A stretch of 64,000 nucleotides of DNA. Origin: Massalongia carnosa (taxonomy: Eukaryota). The first letter of the stretch is position 1, and each line of letters opens with the position of its first letter. Below are positions 49,901 to 62,108 of this stretch, in pieces. The position numbers and the translations under genes are program-made. The notes under the pieces are model-generated. The model saw only the letters and a list, made by a program, of their open reading frames with translations. It was not told where the DNA came from and did not search any database. The stretch covers positions 1,054,001 through 1,118,000 of the forward strand of contig OZ287081.1 in assembly GCA_965645245.1 (NCBI GenBank). The letters are read 5' to 3'.

Positions 49901-50914
49901 GCAGGTAAATCGCGAATTTTACTCTATACCGATGGATCAAAAACCGAGTTTTCAACTTCCGCTGTCACATTTGCACCAATTATGCGAAATTGGAACAATT
50001 TCACCGATAACTTCAATCGTTTTATCGAAAAAGATTGTCTCCTCAAACATCATACGATTTCGAAAAGCTGGAAATTAAACAAACAGTCAAGCGTTAAAAA
50101 CGCTGAACTCTATGCGATACTACAAGCAATAAAATGGGCATACAAATTGACAATTGCGAATATTCTCTTCAATTTGGAAAAAACGATTTGGATTTTTTCC
50201 GATAGCATAAACGCGATAAACGAAATTCAGAACTTGACAAATCATACTTACGCAAAACAAATTCGAAAATTCTCGAAATGCTTATTCGGAAACAATTATC
50301 AGGTGGTTCTACAATGGATTCCTAGTCATTCGAAAATCGTCGAAAATGAAATTGCAGATAAAGCAGCAAAAGCGGGACATAGTCGAATCCTAGTCGAGTC
50401 TTCGATAATAACATTTGATTATGTAAAGGGTCAAATAAATCGAAATATGTTAGCCACATGGGAGAATCAATGGCAACAATGCAAGTCAAAAGGCAAATAC
50501 TATGAGAAATTCGAAATGCAGCCGGGCAAATCGAGTTTTTATTATCTGTCGAATAATTGTTCGAAATTAATATTTGCGACTATTATGCAAATGAAATTCG
50601 GACACGGTTATTTTCGATCATATCTGCACCGATTGAAAGATTATAATTCGTCAAAATGCACAGGGCGCTGCAACGAACGTCAAACGCCAGAACACTTATT
50701 GATGAATTGCATACATTATTCAAATGAAATCCTAAACATGAAACAAAATATCGATACCACAATTACTTTAAAAATGTTGTTTAATACTAGGATCGGAAAT
50801 AATATTTTGATTAAATTTATTGTTGATAACAAAATCGCGACTAGAAAATGGATGCTAGGTCAGCTCGATGACGAAAATATCGAAACGGGAGGTTGGGGAG
50901 AGATCGAACAGTAA
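46900..50914 (+). pseudogene. LINE-A ORF2 (APE-RT-RNase H) with two lesions
   Basis: +1 A in the run at 48450-57 (possibly a sequencing homopolymer error) and TAT>TAA at 49868-70. Confidence 0.93.
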
Positions 50915-52769
50915 AATTAGAAATGATTTATGCTGGAATATTTACGAGCTTTACAAAAACAAATTGTAAAATCGATATTTCGATTACTAAAGGTTGTTAC
51001 TAACACGGAGTTAAAACGGGGCAATATTGACGATAGATAGTTGGGTTATAAAGGGTTGATTTATTTGTAAAATAAAACCATATCTTAAAATAGTTTAGTG
51101 TCATAACCTTAGGTTGAATACACTTAATGAATAAATAAAAATAAAAAAAGCCGGCCTCGTCTTCTCATAGGTCTTACCGCGCCCTTGCACTCCTTCGTTA
51201 CCCCATGCCTCCTCCGGCGCTGAAGGCGCATTCGCAGACGCAGCCGCAGCCCAAGCCGAAGCGCGGCCGCCCGCCGCTTCACAAAATCAGCGGCAAAGTC
51301 TCCCGAAATACCCAGTAATGGCGGGACAAACATCTATTTCAATATTACAGTATAACAACAGAAAGAGCAAGAACCGGGTCATGACCCCTCTACTGGCGGA
51401 CAAGAGAATAGAGGAGTATGACGTCTTAGCTATTCAGGAACCATGACGCAACCCCAGCGTTTGCACGTCGCACAATCCGTTCAATTCCGGCATTTATCTT
51501 CCGTTTATGTCGAATGAGAATATAGGTGCGTGTTTCTATAATAATAAAAGATTAGATGTGAATTCTTGGGCTGTGGACATCCTCACGCCGGACGTGTGCA
51601 CAATAAGACTAAGAATATATGCGAGTAATGAGCCACGATACATCAATATACATAACGTCTACTGTCAATTACCCGTCGTGCATTCTTCTCGCCAGCTACT
51701 CGAAAGCGTAAAGGCGGTGAGACGAAAGATTCATGAGCGGGATAAAGAGGAATACGTCTTGCTGGGAGACTTTAATCTGCATCACCCTCTGTGGAGTGGC
51801 CCCTCCAGGCCTACACAACATCAAGCGGCGGACCAGCTTCTCGACGTCGTTCGTGCGGCATCTATGCAGCTCACTCTACCTAGTGGCTCTATCACTTGGG
51901 AGGCACGCAGATCCACGAGCATGATAGACCTAGTATTCATGACCGACTCCCTGAGACACAGTCTGCTGCACTGTTATACTCGTCAGGAGATGAACCAATC
52001 GTCCAATCACATACCCGTCTCTACCAAGCTGACGCTAGAGGTGGAGCTGAGCGTGAAACGTCGCAAGAGAGCATGGAAGCGAGCCGACGAAGAAAATCTG
52101 GCGAAAAGTCTTCGTCTACCCGTAGTCACGGAGTGGCCGCGTACCCCGCAAGCCATAGAAGACTAAGCGAATCGACTACAGTCCGCTATTATTGACGCAA
52201 TAAATGAGACCTTTCCCTAGAAGGCTCCCTGCCCCGTCTCTAAACCCTTCTGGAACGAGCGTTGCGCTGTCGCTGTGGCGGAGACTCGACGTCGAAGACG
52301 CGAGTGGACGAGGTGGAAGACAGAGGCAACGTGGCGCAGATATCTCAAATCGGCGGATAAAAAGAAGAAGATCATCATCAAGTTCGCCGCCGAATGGGTT
52401 GGGTTATTAAAATGAGAGCCCAACCCAATAGGTTTTGGGTTGGGTTGGGTTATCGTTGGGTTACCCAACAGAAAAGGGTACTGATATATGGACACCCTAT
52501 CCGCTACCTAGACACACCCTCTCCGGCTACCTAGACACACCCCTTCCGGATTTTCAATCATTATAGATTTATTTTAATGACTATCACAAAGTAAAATGTG
52601 GATTATAGATAAAACATTTATTTCGTTGACGTCGAACTACCATAAAGACTATCACAAATTCGTATGCTTTCTTCTATCGAATATCGAAGTATGTCGCCCA
52701 TTTATCGCTTCCTATTCAAAACTCGTAAAGAAAGTCTCTCGCCATCTCTTCCTTTACTCTCCACTTTCT

Positions 52770-52935
52770 TGTCACCCCCACCCTCTCCACCCCCCTCCTC
52801 TACCTCATCCTCTACCACACCCTCCTCCTCCTCCTCCTCTACCTCATCCACTTCACCCTCTTCCTCCTCCTCCTCCTCCTCCTCCACCTTATCCACCACA
52901 CCTTCCTCTATCACACCCTTCTTTACCTCCTCGCT
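52770..52935. repeat. (CCT)n-rich low-complexity tract within the hAT
   Basis: Directly visible; reads poly-Glu on the minus strand. Confidence 0.85.
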
Positions 52936-53406
52936 TGATGGAAGCCTACCCCTTCTTGTGCGCGTTCCAATCCTCTTATTCCTATCGCGATACTCGGAAA
53001 TGGAGTTTCTGTTATTGTAAGTTCGTTTCTTATTTTTCTGTAGAATAATTAGCTCAAGAAGACACGAAAGTAAGTGACTCGATGCTTACATCTCGCGCTG
53101 AGACCTGCTCAACCTGCGATGACCCGATATGCGTTAACTAGTCCTCGTCATTATTATCGTCTTCTTTATCACTAATGTAGACCTTCTGAAAAACCTGTGT
53201 TAGGTCTTCATGTCGCCTTTGCATCTCATTAGTCAAATCCTCAAGACTCATGCTTTCTTCTTCTTCCAAATCTACGTGTAAACTTGCATCTGCATTCTCC
53301 TTCTGATCGTAGAAACGAACCATCATCATCGCGGAGAATGTATCCGGATAGAAATTCTTGCGATAATCGTAAAGGGCTCCCGCAACGCTAAAAACGCGCC
53401 CACATT

Positions 53407-53744
53407 AGAGAAAGGTAGTCGTGCGTGCTAATGGAAGGTGGTGGTACGTGATAATAGATGGCGAACTGAGTAGTGAATACACACACACATACACACAAAC
53501 GTCTGAATGGACCTACGACTGCATAGACATGAAAAGAACTCAACGACTAAACGACTGAACGACTAATTTATGCACGAAATGAACGTGTGTCGATGACTAC
53601 GTGACACGACGATAATGATGATGGCGTAGGTGATAGAAGATGATGTCTAGAGATGATAAAGAAAACGCCAGCAAAAAACCCGTTTCACCCCCACACAGGC
53701 CTGCCATGTCACCTGACCATAGATGATACATGTCGCCCACCACA
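53407..53744 (-). mobile_element. Solo LTR (~338 bp), same family as 62109-62437
   Basis: Reverse-complement match to 62109-62437; interrupts the hAT dimerisation domain; TSD ACATT/ACATC. Confidence 0.88.
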
Positions 53745-54310
53745 ACATCCAACGTCAGCGGCTGGTACAGCAAGGATTACCCTGGCAACCATACTCATTT
53801 GTGGAAATTCCGGCTCGAGATCTTTCCACTGTTGTAGAATAGGACCCGAACGATCATGCATCGCGGTGTATTGTAAATAAGTTGAACACAATGAGAAAAG
53901 ACCTGATTTATTGTATCAGTTAATGAACTCGTCATCTAGAGCGAGCGGAGTAGCATTATTTGTACTCAGAAGAAGATCCAGATTATTCAAGTCTCGAATG
54001 ATCGCGATATTACGCCCTCGTACTTGTGAGGGTTAAGAATTCTCGTAGATATCGAATTCCGCTTCCAGAGATTGCCAATATTGATCTTCCCATCGACTTT
54101 CCCCATAGGGCGCATCACAATTGGGACCCTCGAAAAATAGGTCCTTCTTATTGGGAGATAGCAATACCGCCTTTCTATATAGATAACCTAATGACCCCTG
54201 AGTTTTAGAATAGTATTGACGTAATTTCGTTGCAGCCGCCTCGATGCCATTCAATAGCGCACGTTTCCACGATACTCGCTTACTAGATAATCTTGCGCGA
54301 GCTTGATCTA

Positions 54311-56479
54311 GAAGATTTCCCGAGGAAATGCCGCACCCGACGAAATGCCGCATCTTCTCACTTTCCAACCATTACTTTCAGACATGAATAAATCCACCCT
54401 CAACGCTCGTATCGAGCTCGCAATTGCTGATCTGAATCAGCAAGATCAGCCTAACCTCAGGGGGACAGCTAAAAGGTTTAGCCTAGTCGAAAGTATCCTC
54501 CGGAGGCGCTGGAAAGGCCAAACGGTGTCCCAAAAGGCAGCCGCGTCAAAATACAAGCAACGACTTACCTTGGCCCAGGAAGAGGCCTTAATTCAGCAAA
54601 TCAATCGCCTTGTCGATCGTGGACTGCCCCCAACCGCCAGAATTGTACGAAACCTAGCGGAGGAGGTGATAGGAGGGCCTGTAGGGAAGAACTGGACAGG
54701 GGATTTTGTCCGCCGATACAAGGATAGGCTTAAAAGTCTTTATCTTCGAAATATGGATAGCCAGCGTATAAAATCTGAGTATCCGCCTTTATTTAAGCAA
54801 TTCTACGATTTGGTAGCGTGTTAACTACCCATTCCTATTTGTTGAATATTAATTATGATCGAAAATAACTAATGTTTCTATTAGCTAATCGCCGGTGTCG
54901 AAAAATACAATATCACGAGGGAAAACCTTTACAATTGGGACGAAAAGGGCTTTGTGATTGGCCAAGCAAGCGCCACGCAACTTATCATGTCGCTAGAGGC
55001 CCTTGAATCAGGGCGGATCACACATGCAAGCCAGGACGGGAATAGGGAGTTTATCAGCCTCCTTGCTTGTATCGGGGCCGACGGAACCGCTTTACCTCCT
55101 GCCTTGATCTATAAAGGCGACTCTGGCATACTCCAGGATACATGGGTTGAGGATGTAAATCCTAATGACGAGGCGTTCTTTGCAGTATCGGCGAAAGGAT
55201 GGAGTTGTGATATCCTTGGCCTAAATTGGCTAGAGCAGGTTTTTCAGCGTTATACGAAGCAAAAGGCTAGAAATAGAAGACGTTTACTGATAGTAGACGG
55301 TCATTCTAGCCACGTGAATCTTAAGTTTATCGATAAATGCGATAACTTACGTATTCTTCTCCTGATTCTACCTTCGCACTCTACGCATCGTTTACAGCCT
55401 CTGGACGTTTCTCTATTCGCGCCGTTAGCAACGTTCTATACCAATGGGCTGAATAGACTAATGTTCGAGAGTCTAGGCATGATAAACATGTCAAAAAGAG
55501 CCTTTTGGAGCGTTTTCTTCCCTGCATGGCAGCAGGCATTTTCGGAGGAAAAAATTACTTCTGCCTTCGAAAAAACCGGTATTTGGCCTTACAATCCGAG
55601 CCTTATACTAAATGTTATCACACCACAGATAATCGAGGCTCCTTCTCAGTCGCCAAAAACACCAATGACAAGCCGTGCTATTCGCCGTACGCAGCGAGCG
55701 TACGATATTGCGCCTACAAATTTATTACTAGCAAAGATCTTCCGGGCTAACGAACGCCTTGCTGCCCAGGACTCTATCAACAAATACGTGATCAAAGGGC
55801 TCTGCAATACCCTTCAGGACGAAAAGAAGAGGAGGAAGAGAGGTAAACGGCTTAATTTAGTTGGGGAAGAGGACTCAGGCCCTCAATTCTTTAGTCCTAG
55901 GCGAGTACAGGCTGCCAGGGAATTTCAAGCAGCAAAAGAGGAAGAAGAAGCACAACGCCAGCTAGATATTAGCGAGAAGCGACGACAAGCTACTGCTAAA
56001 AGGTTACAGAAAGAAGAGGAGAAGCTAGAAAAGGTAGCAATCGCTCTAGAGAAGCGGCGATTGACTGCAGAAGCAAAGGTAGCAAAGGCCGCTGAGAAGC
56101 AGGCTCAGAAGGAGTTACGTAAAACAGCAAACAGATATCCTAAGGGAATGCTCGGGCAGCAGAAGCAGTATACAGGGTCTAATAAAGTTCAAAAGACTCG
56201 AAAGAAGAAGGTAAAGCCGCCTACTCGTGTTATTATCGCTAAAGAGGTAGAGGAGGTGGTTTTAACTACCTCGACTGGAAGAAGGGTCCAGCGCCCAGGG
56301 CGTTTTGCTATGTAAGGTTTTTAAGGTCGGATATCGTGTATATACTTTCTATTTATACTATATTTAATACACATTCCATTAATCGTTGTAGTTGTTGATC
56401 AACGACGAAAACAATATTCTAATGCCGAATTGTAAAGTGCGGTATTTCGCCGGGCGCGGCATTTCCTCGGGAAATCTTC
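54311..56479 (+). mobile_element. pogo/Fot1-family DNA transposon, apparently intact
   Basis: TA TSD; ~42-bp TIRs GAAGATTTCCCGAGGAAATGCCGC... Confidence 0.96.
54384..56315 (+). CDS. Fot1-type DDE_1 transposase, two exons (54384-54812, 54885-56315), ~619 aa
   Basis: HTH/CENP-B region; 72-nt GT...CTAAT...TAG intron restores the frame to YNWDEKGF; VDGHSSH; THRLQPLDV. Confidence 0.9.
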
Positions 56480-58153
56480 TAGATGATCGAACAGCTTATT
56501 GTAGATCTCGAACACCTGATGAATTGTCGGTTACTTTGATTAACCAATCATCTTTGTGAAGACGCAGAATAGCTTCGTTAAATCGTTAAGATATTCTAGC
56601 TGTGACTATTCTACTTCGAGCAATCTCAAATACTCGGCTTCATGTTTATCATGATATCTATTCAGCGCTAGTCGCAACTTGAGCGCTCGAATTAACATGT
56701 GAAATGTGGACTCCCATCGAGTCTTTACATCTTGAAAAAGCTTAAGTACTGTACCGCTGACCGAGTTTCCAGTGCGTCTCTCTTCGTCATTCAATGCTCG
56801 TTGAACAGCGTAGAAGTTCTCCTTACGTAAATTGCTACTGTTAATGTAAACAGCTAATGGTCGAACATAATCGAAATTTAGAACGACTACAACAACGACT
56901 ACCACAAAATAAATCTTGCCTTAGCTAGCGTAAGGGGAACTCCATGTGTTCGGGTTTTCGAAATCACGTCTATCTTGCTTATCATACCAGCTAGTTTTGA
57001 AATCGGCATTTTTGGGATTAATGTGAATACACCCAAGTAGCTGTTTCACGGCAAGTTGAATTACATGCGATAAACAAGGCACTCGCTGTATCTCATTAGC
57101 ATCAGTGTATATAAGTGCCAAGGCTCGATTGCTTCGTATTATTTGTCGCAACTCATCTACTATCGTTGTGTTATTAGATGCACTGTCCGTGGTTAATGCC
57201 AAAACACGATCTTTAATAGAATATCTAATTAAAACGCTATTAAATACTTCAGCAAGTTTTATTCCCGTGTGTGAGCCTTCAACATATTCGAAGGCAAGAA
57301 GCACTTCGTGTGAATTCCATTTATCGTCAATGAAGTAAGCATTGATGGCCAGATAACCTTGACGATTAAATGACGACCAAAAATCCAAAGCCAGAGAGAC
57401 CTTTGAACTACCCCTAGGTAGCCTCTCGAGCAAAAGCGGAATAATCTCTTGACTTCGGGTCATCAAGCGATTCTTGATTGTCGATAGTGAAGGAAACTAT
57501 ACATTATCGAGAAGACAGTTGAACGCTCTTTGCAATTCGACATTGGCGACACTTCGTAACGGTAGCCCAAGAGCAACAATCATACGAAGCAATTGAGGCG
57601 TGAAACCATCCTTTTTTAGTCTATACCCGTTGAGAGTTAAGGTCTCTTGTCTTTTTGCTTCAATCTAATATTGATTAGCAAAGCACGTAATGTGGTAGTC
57701 ATTGTGGTAGTCATACTTCGGCACGATATCCAACCTTTTAGGAAAGTTGCTTCATTCCTTTCAATATCGACGTCTTTTTACAGGACTCGGAATTTAACTG
57801 ATTAGTCATGCAGTTATTTCCGGAGCCCAGTGAGGGATGAGTCAAGACCAGGGAGCATCGCGAGCAGATTATTTTGGGATTACCATCGCCCACAGAGGCG
57901 CCTTCCTGAAACTCTTTCCATTCCGCCGCCTTCCTTTTTGGTCGATCCCCAATCGATCTTCTTCATCGCCTTTCTACTCTTCTCTTCATTAGCAAAACGC
58001 CATCTCGTACTTTACCACCATTCCATAAACTCCTCGCTCTTCTCGGCCACATATGCGTAGCATCTGGTGGGTTTGCCCACAACTTGAAGATCGTATATCT
58101 CCGAATCTATCATCTAAGAGCTGCTCATTCTTGCGAATGACGAGGATTTTATA

Positions 58154-59490
58154 CAGTACTAGGCCAAAAGTCTGCGGCCCCGCACCCCACTAACATTTCA
58201 ATCATTCTATTCAATCAAAAATCAACCACGTCACGATTGCTGAAATGCCTTGAACCTTTACATAATGATTATATATATATTAAACAAGAATTCCCCCAAA
58301 AATTGATTTCTAATATTTAGTATACTATCCTTCCGACGCTATTCACGCTTTTATCCTCCTATTCATGCTCTCTATTAACCTCCCCATCATTTTCACATCT
58401 ATCAACGTCCAGGCTTCTTCTAACGCTTTCCATAGTACCTCACGAACAGTTTCATCACTGCCGATCACGAAATCTATGTTCGGGTTGACTTGATAGACGA
58501 GCTTTTTGAGCATATACCAAACGTCCTCGATAGGATTTAAATCAGGTGAAAAGGGGGGCCAATCGATGACCTCTATGCCGTTCTCTTTGAACCATTCCAT
58601 AACTTTTTTAGCCTTATGTATAGATGCGTTATCCTTCATGAAAATGAGACCCGGTTGCCAAATTCCAAGCAGATTATCGTTTAATAATTCCATATATGAA
58701 TTTGCCGAGTACCCTATCTTCTTCGCAGCAAAATCACGAGCCAATTTGTAAAGATCTGACCTGTTATCTTCCCAAAAAGCTGCCCAGACCATGACACTGA
58801 CTCCTTTGCCTTTGGGGACAGGTTGTATCATCTCTTTATTCCATTTTTCTTTCGGCAATCTGAATACCCACAGACGCTGTTTTCCTGACCCCTTTTCCAC
58901 CAAGCACTCATCTGACCATATAACTCTTGACCACTGCTCAAAAGTCCACTCACGCCGCAGCAAGAACCAATCCAATCGTTTCTTGGCCATCTCAGGCGTC
59001 AATAAAGGTCGTTTTTTGGCTACCAAGTTGGTTAAACCATACAGTTTGAGTGCCCGATAAATAGTCGTACGACTGCAGCCGAGCCCTACTTCTAGTTTGA
59101 TTTATGCATAAGTGATTCGTGGATTGATTCGTGCATGCTTGATGATATAACGTCGATCGCGTTCTGACAGCACTTCAGGCCGTCCAGAACGTGATTTAGA
59201 CACGCCGTCGTTACGAATTGAGTGCTTCCGAATGGTGCTCTGAACGGTCGATTTAGTGAAATTAAGAGTCTTCCCAATCTCGGTCGGTGTGTGCCCCAAC
59301 GCCTGGGCCCAAACAATCATACCACGTTGATATGGCGTCAATTCAGTGTTACGAGGCCGATTACCACTTATGGGGGTCAAAGAAGCACGAAGCATTGTGA
59401 AATGATGAGGTGGAAGATAGGGGTTGATGAGTTGAAAAAGCGAAATCACGAAAATTACGGGTTGGGCCGCAGACTTTTGGCACGGGACTG
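58154..59490 (-). mobile_element. Tc1/mariner element with degenerate transposase (ATG ~59395)
   Basis: TA TSD; 27-bp imperfect TIR CAGT....GCCAAAAGTCTGCGGCCC; WSDE, DNASIH, SPDLNPIE; in-frame stops at 59102 and 58343. Confidence 0.93.
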
Positions 59491-59541
59491 TATATAGGAA
59501 TGTATATATAGGATATAGCAGTAGGAATGTAGCTGTAGGAA

Positions 59542-59922
59542 TGTAACTTCATTAACTAGATTATGCTGCGATAAAGCATTAATAACTACGTTTACGTTCT
59601 AAACACTCAGTCAAATCCAACGTATGCATGCATATTCCATCTAAACTAGCCAACCTAACCTAGTCATACTGAACCTATCAAAAGCACATAGGTGAACGAA
59701 GCATAGGTAGTAGATTGCTTGATTCTCTAGCTAGGTATGCGAAGCCTTCTATATACAGTTGAGGTGCCCTAATCTTCTAAGCTAGTGATTTAGATCCCGC
59801 AGCTTACTCGGAGCTAGCCTATTAGGCTCCTTCACTAGCCCTGCATTTACATAGGGTCACGTGATCGAGTGCAGGTAGTGCTACCAGCCAATTGACTAAT
59901 CGGCTTTCGATAGAACCTAACA
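59542..59922. other. Possible degenerate solo LTR within the hAT 5' region
   Basis: TGTAAC...CTAACA, TATATA at ~59750, CTAG-rich; no matching TSD found. Confidence 0.3.
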
Positions 59923-61956
59923 ATACCCAACATAACCTACTTGCCACGCGCGACCACTGATAACCTGTCTGCTTGTCTGTTTGATTTTACATATGGCACC
60001 GAAGACTCCGCGCAAGCGTACGCGCTAACCTGCGTGAATTCCAAACCGAACACTCGACAGAATACCCGGACCAGGTGCCAGAACTGGTGTGATAAGAAAA
60101 CCAACTACCAGGAAGAGTATGCCTGGTGGTAAGTAGATGGTATAGTGGAGAATACTTAAGATACTAACGCCGATCGCCACGTTAATAAGTCAAGGTTATT
60201 GATTACCATTACTAATCATGTGATTTGGGTAACCCAATGAAAACAGAACCCGAACCCAACCCAACCCAACAATAACCCAACCCGAACCCAACCCAACCCA
60301 ACCTATTCCGCGGCGTATCATCAAGGAGAAGAAGTTCGACTTCAGAAGAACCTTAGCAGAGATGACGTCTGCGTCCGAAGACATATGGCGTCTTGCTCGA
60401 TAGGCTCGTACGCGCAGTCACTTACCGCGAGAAATTCCCAAGGTGCCCGATCTGACTCACACGCTTATGGAAGGCACAGCAGTCACTGCGTTCACATTCG
60501 ACGAAAAGACCTCTCTTCTCTCTGACATATTCTTCCCCAATGCAACCGCGGCAGACCTCAGCGACCCTACGACGTATCGCTACCCTCCCGCTGTCGCAGA
60601 AACGAGTCTGTTATCACAGGCGAAGAGATAGAGGCAGCAATCAAGCGTTGTAAGCCAGACTCTGCTCCGGGCCCCGACGGAATACCGAATAGAATACTCA
60701 AGCTTCTGATCAAGTCGATACTGCCCACGTTGGTCCTTCTGTTTCGCGCCTGCGCAGAGCAGGGGTATCACCCACTCTGCTTTCGCGAGGCTCACACTAT
60801 TGCAATCAAGAAGCCGAACAAGCCGAACTACACTCTCGCTAAAACCTATAGACCTATCGCGCTTCTGAATACGCTTGGGAAGGTCTTGGAATCGATCATA
60901 GCTAAACGCATCGCCGCTATTGCGGAGACCCACAATCTGCTTCCTGAGTCTAGGATGGGAGGACGACGACAAAGATCCTGTGAAACGGCGCTTGAACTCC
61001 TCAACGAACAGATACATACAGTGTAGAACACGGGGTCAGACAAAGTGCCACGCTGTTGAGCATTGATGTAGCCGGTGCCTTTAATCACGTCTCGGCGGAG
61101 AGAATGCTGCACAATCTGCGCAAGAGAGAAATTCCTGAATGGATCGTAGCATGGATGGTAGCTTTTTACAGCATAGAAGGTCCACACTGACAATCGGCGG
61201 TCAGACGTCTTCGATGCGCCTTGCTCATGCCGGTATACCGCAGGGGTCGGCAGTGTCGCTCATTCTCTACATTTTTTACAACGCAGACCTGGTGCGCGTA
61301 TCAAGCAGTTCATCAGCGTCATCCCTGCGATGCGCTTACTAAGGATCTTTCGATAAAGAGACTGGGATTACATAAGAACTTCAGCAAATCCGAAAACAGC
61401 CTCATCATTCAAATGCGTACTGAGCGTACTGGCTTGGCGGATTATCTCTTCTCTCGTCAAGTTCCCACGTTTGCTTCGCCGGCGTTTAGATGTGGATTGG
61501 CACGCCAGCCGCTCTAGCATGTGCTACTCAGCTGCCCCAGGTTTATTAAAGGCCGAAGCAACATATGCAGAGACGCCGGAACGACGGATTATCGCCGCCT
61601 TCTGACCACCGAAAAGGGCTTACGAGCCTCCGCTCGCTGGCTTATGCGGACTAATCTACTGAGACACATTTCGCTAGCTGTAGAGTGTCTTTCTTCCTCC
61701 CCCTGAATTTCGCGTAGTGATAGTCACAAACTCTAGTTATAATAGAGGCAGAAGGTAGTACCTTGATACGCATGTATGTCGTAGACGTGGCGCTGGCGAA
61801 ACGTAGCATTCGCGAAGTGAGGTCGAGCGATCATGTGTAGGAATACAGATGAAGGTTATTTTCCCCTCGATAAGGGTTTTCCTTCTTTAAAACTTTGATA
61901 GCTTTTCTCGCATTGGTGGGCTGTAGCCGATGTCACAACAAGTATGAATTCGATAA

Positions 61957-62055
61957 TAATGCATTGTGTGTTTAGACGAACGGAGGTAAATATTTCCGTG
62001 TCACAATGTCGGCCCGCGATATTGACTACTTTTAACGCGTTCAAGGCTATATTTC
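61957..62055 (-). mobile_element. Continuation of LINE-C ORF1
   Basis: ALNALKVVNIAGRHCDTEIFTSVRLNTQCI; starts at the TSD copy. Confidence 0.88.
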
Positions 62056-62108
62056 TGTAACGGTTCGACCAAGCGTGGTGCGGACGGCAGGACCTACAGC
62101 GAATATAG
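62056..62108. mobile_element. Start of another LTR (TGTAACGG...), interrupted
   Basis: LINE-C sequence stops abruptly at TGTAAC. Confidence 0.45.

Larger units (their letters stand above)
44419..51148 (+). mobile_element. Full-length LINE-A (~6.73 kb)
   Basis: 14-bp TSD AGCCGGCCTCGTCT (44405-18, 51149-62); ~0.9-kb 5'UTR, ORF1, ORF2, 3'UTR, tail. Confidence 0.97.
53138..58128 (-). pseudogene. hAT transposase fragments (start approximate)
   Basis: LDFWSS...YLAI, TTDSASNN, CLSHVIQLAVK, TRWESTFHM, dimerisation domain EFPQMSMVARVILAVPA...RVFSVAG. Confidence 0.85.
52383..60317 (-). mobile_element. hAT-superfamily DNA transposon, degenerate, hosting nested elements
   Basis: 8-bp TSD TCATCAAG (52375-82, 60318-25); TIR TWCGCCGCSGAATRGGTTGGGTT; subterminal GGGTT/AACCC repeats. 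Confidence 0.93.
41326..61850 (+). mobile_element. Divergent GC-rich Tad1-like LINE (family D), degenerate, split by three large insertions; both ends approximate
   Basis: Pieces ~41326-41948, 43469-44418, 51163-52382 and 60326-~61850; ORF1 from 41392 with CFYCQKYGH knuckles; APE LGDFNLHHPLW; RT PGPDG, YRPIALLNTLGK, GIPQGS; internal deletion near 61292 removes the catalytic DD motif and the rest of the RT. Confidence 0.88.

Noticed and set aside
4173..51148. Antisense bias of LINE-into-LINE insertion
   Set aside because: Both orientations occur several times; too few events to call.
52596..53048. Pro-, Ser- or Glu-rich ORFs as host genes
   Set aside because: All frames are open because of the (CCT)n tract inside the hAT.
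60230..60303. Interstitial telomere
   Set aside because: Unit is AACCC rather than CCCTAA and is mirrored at the other hAT end.
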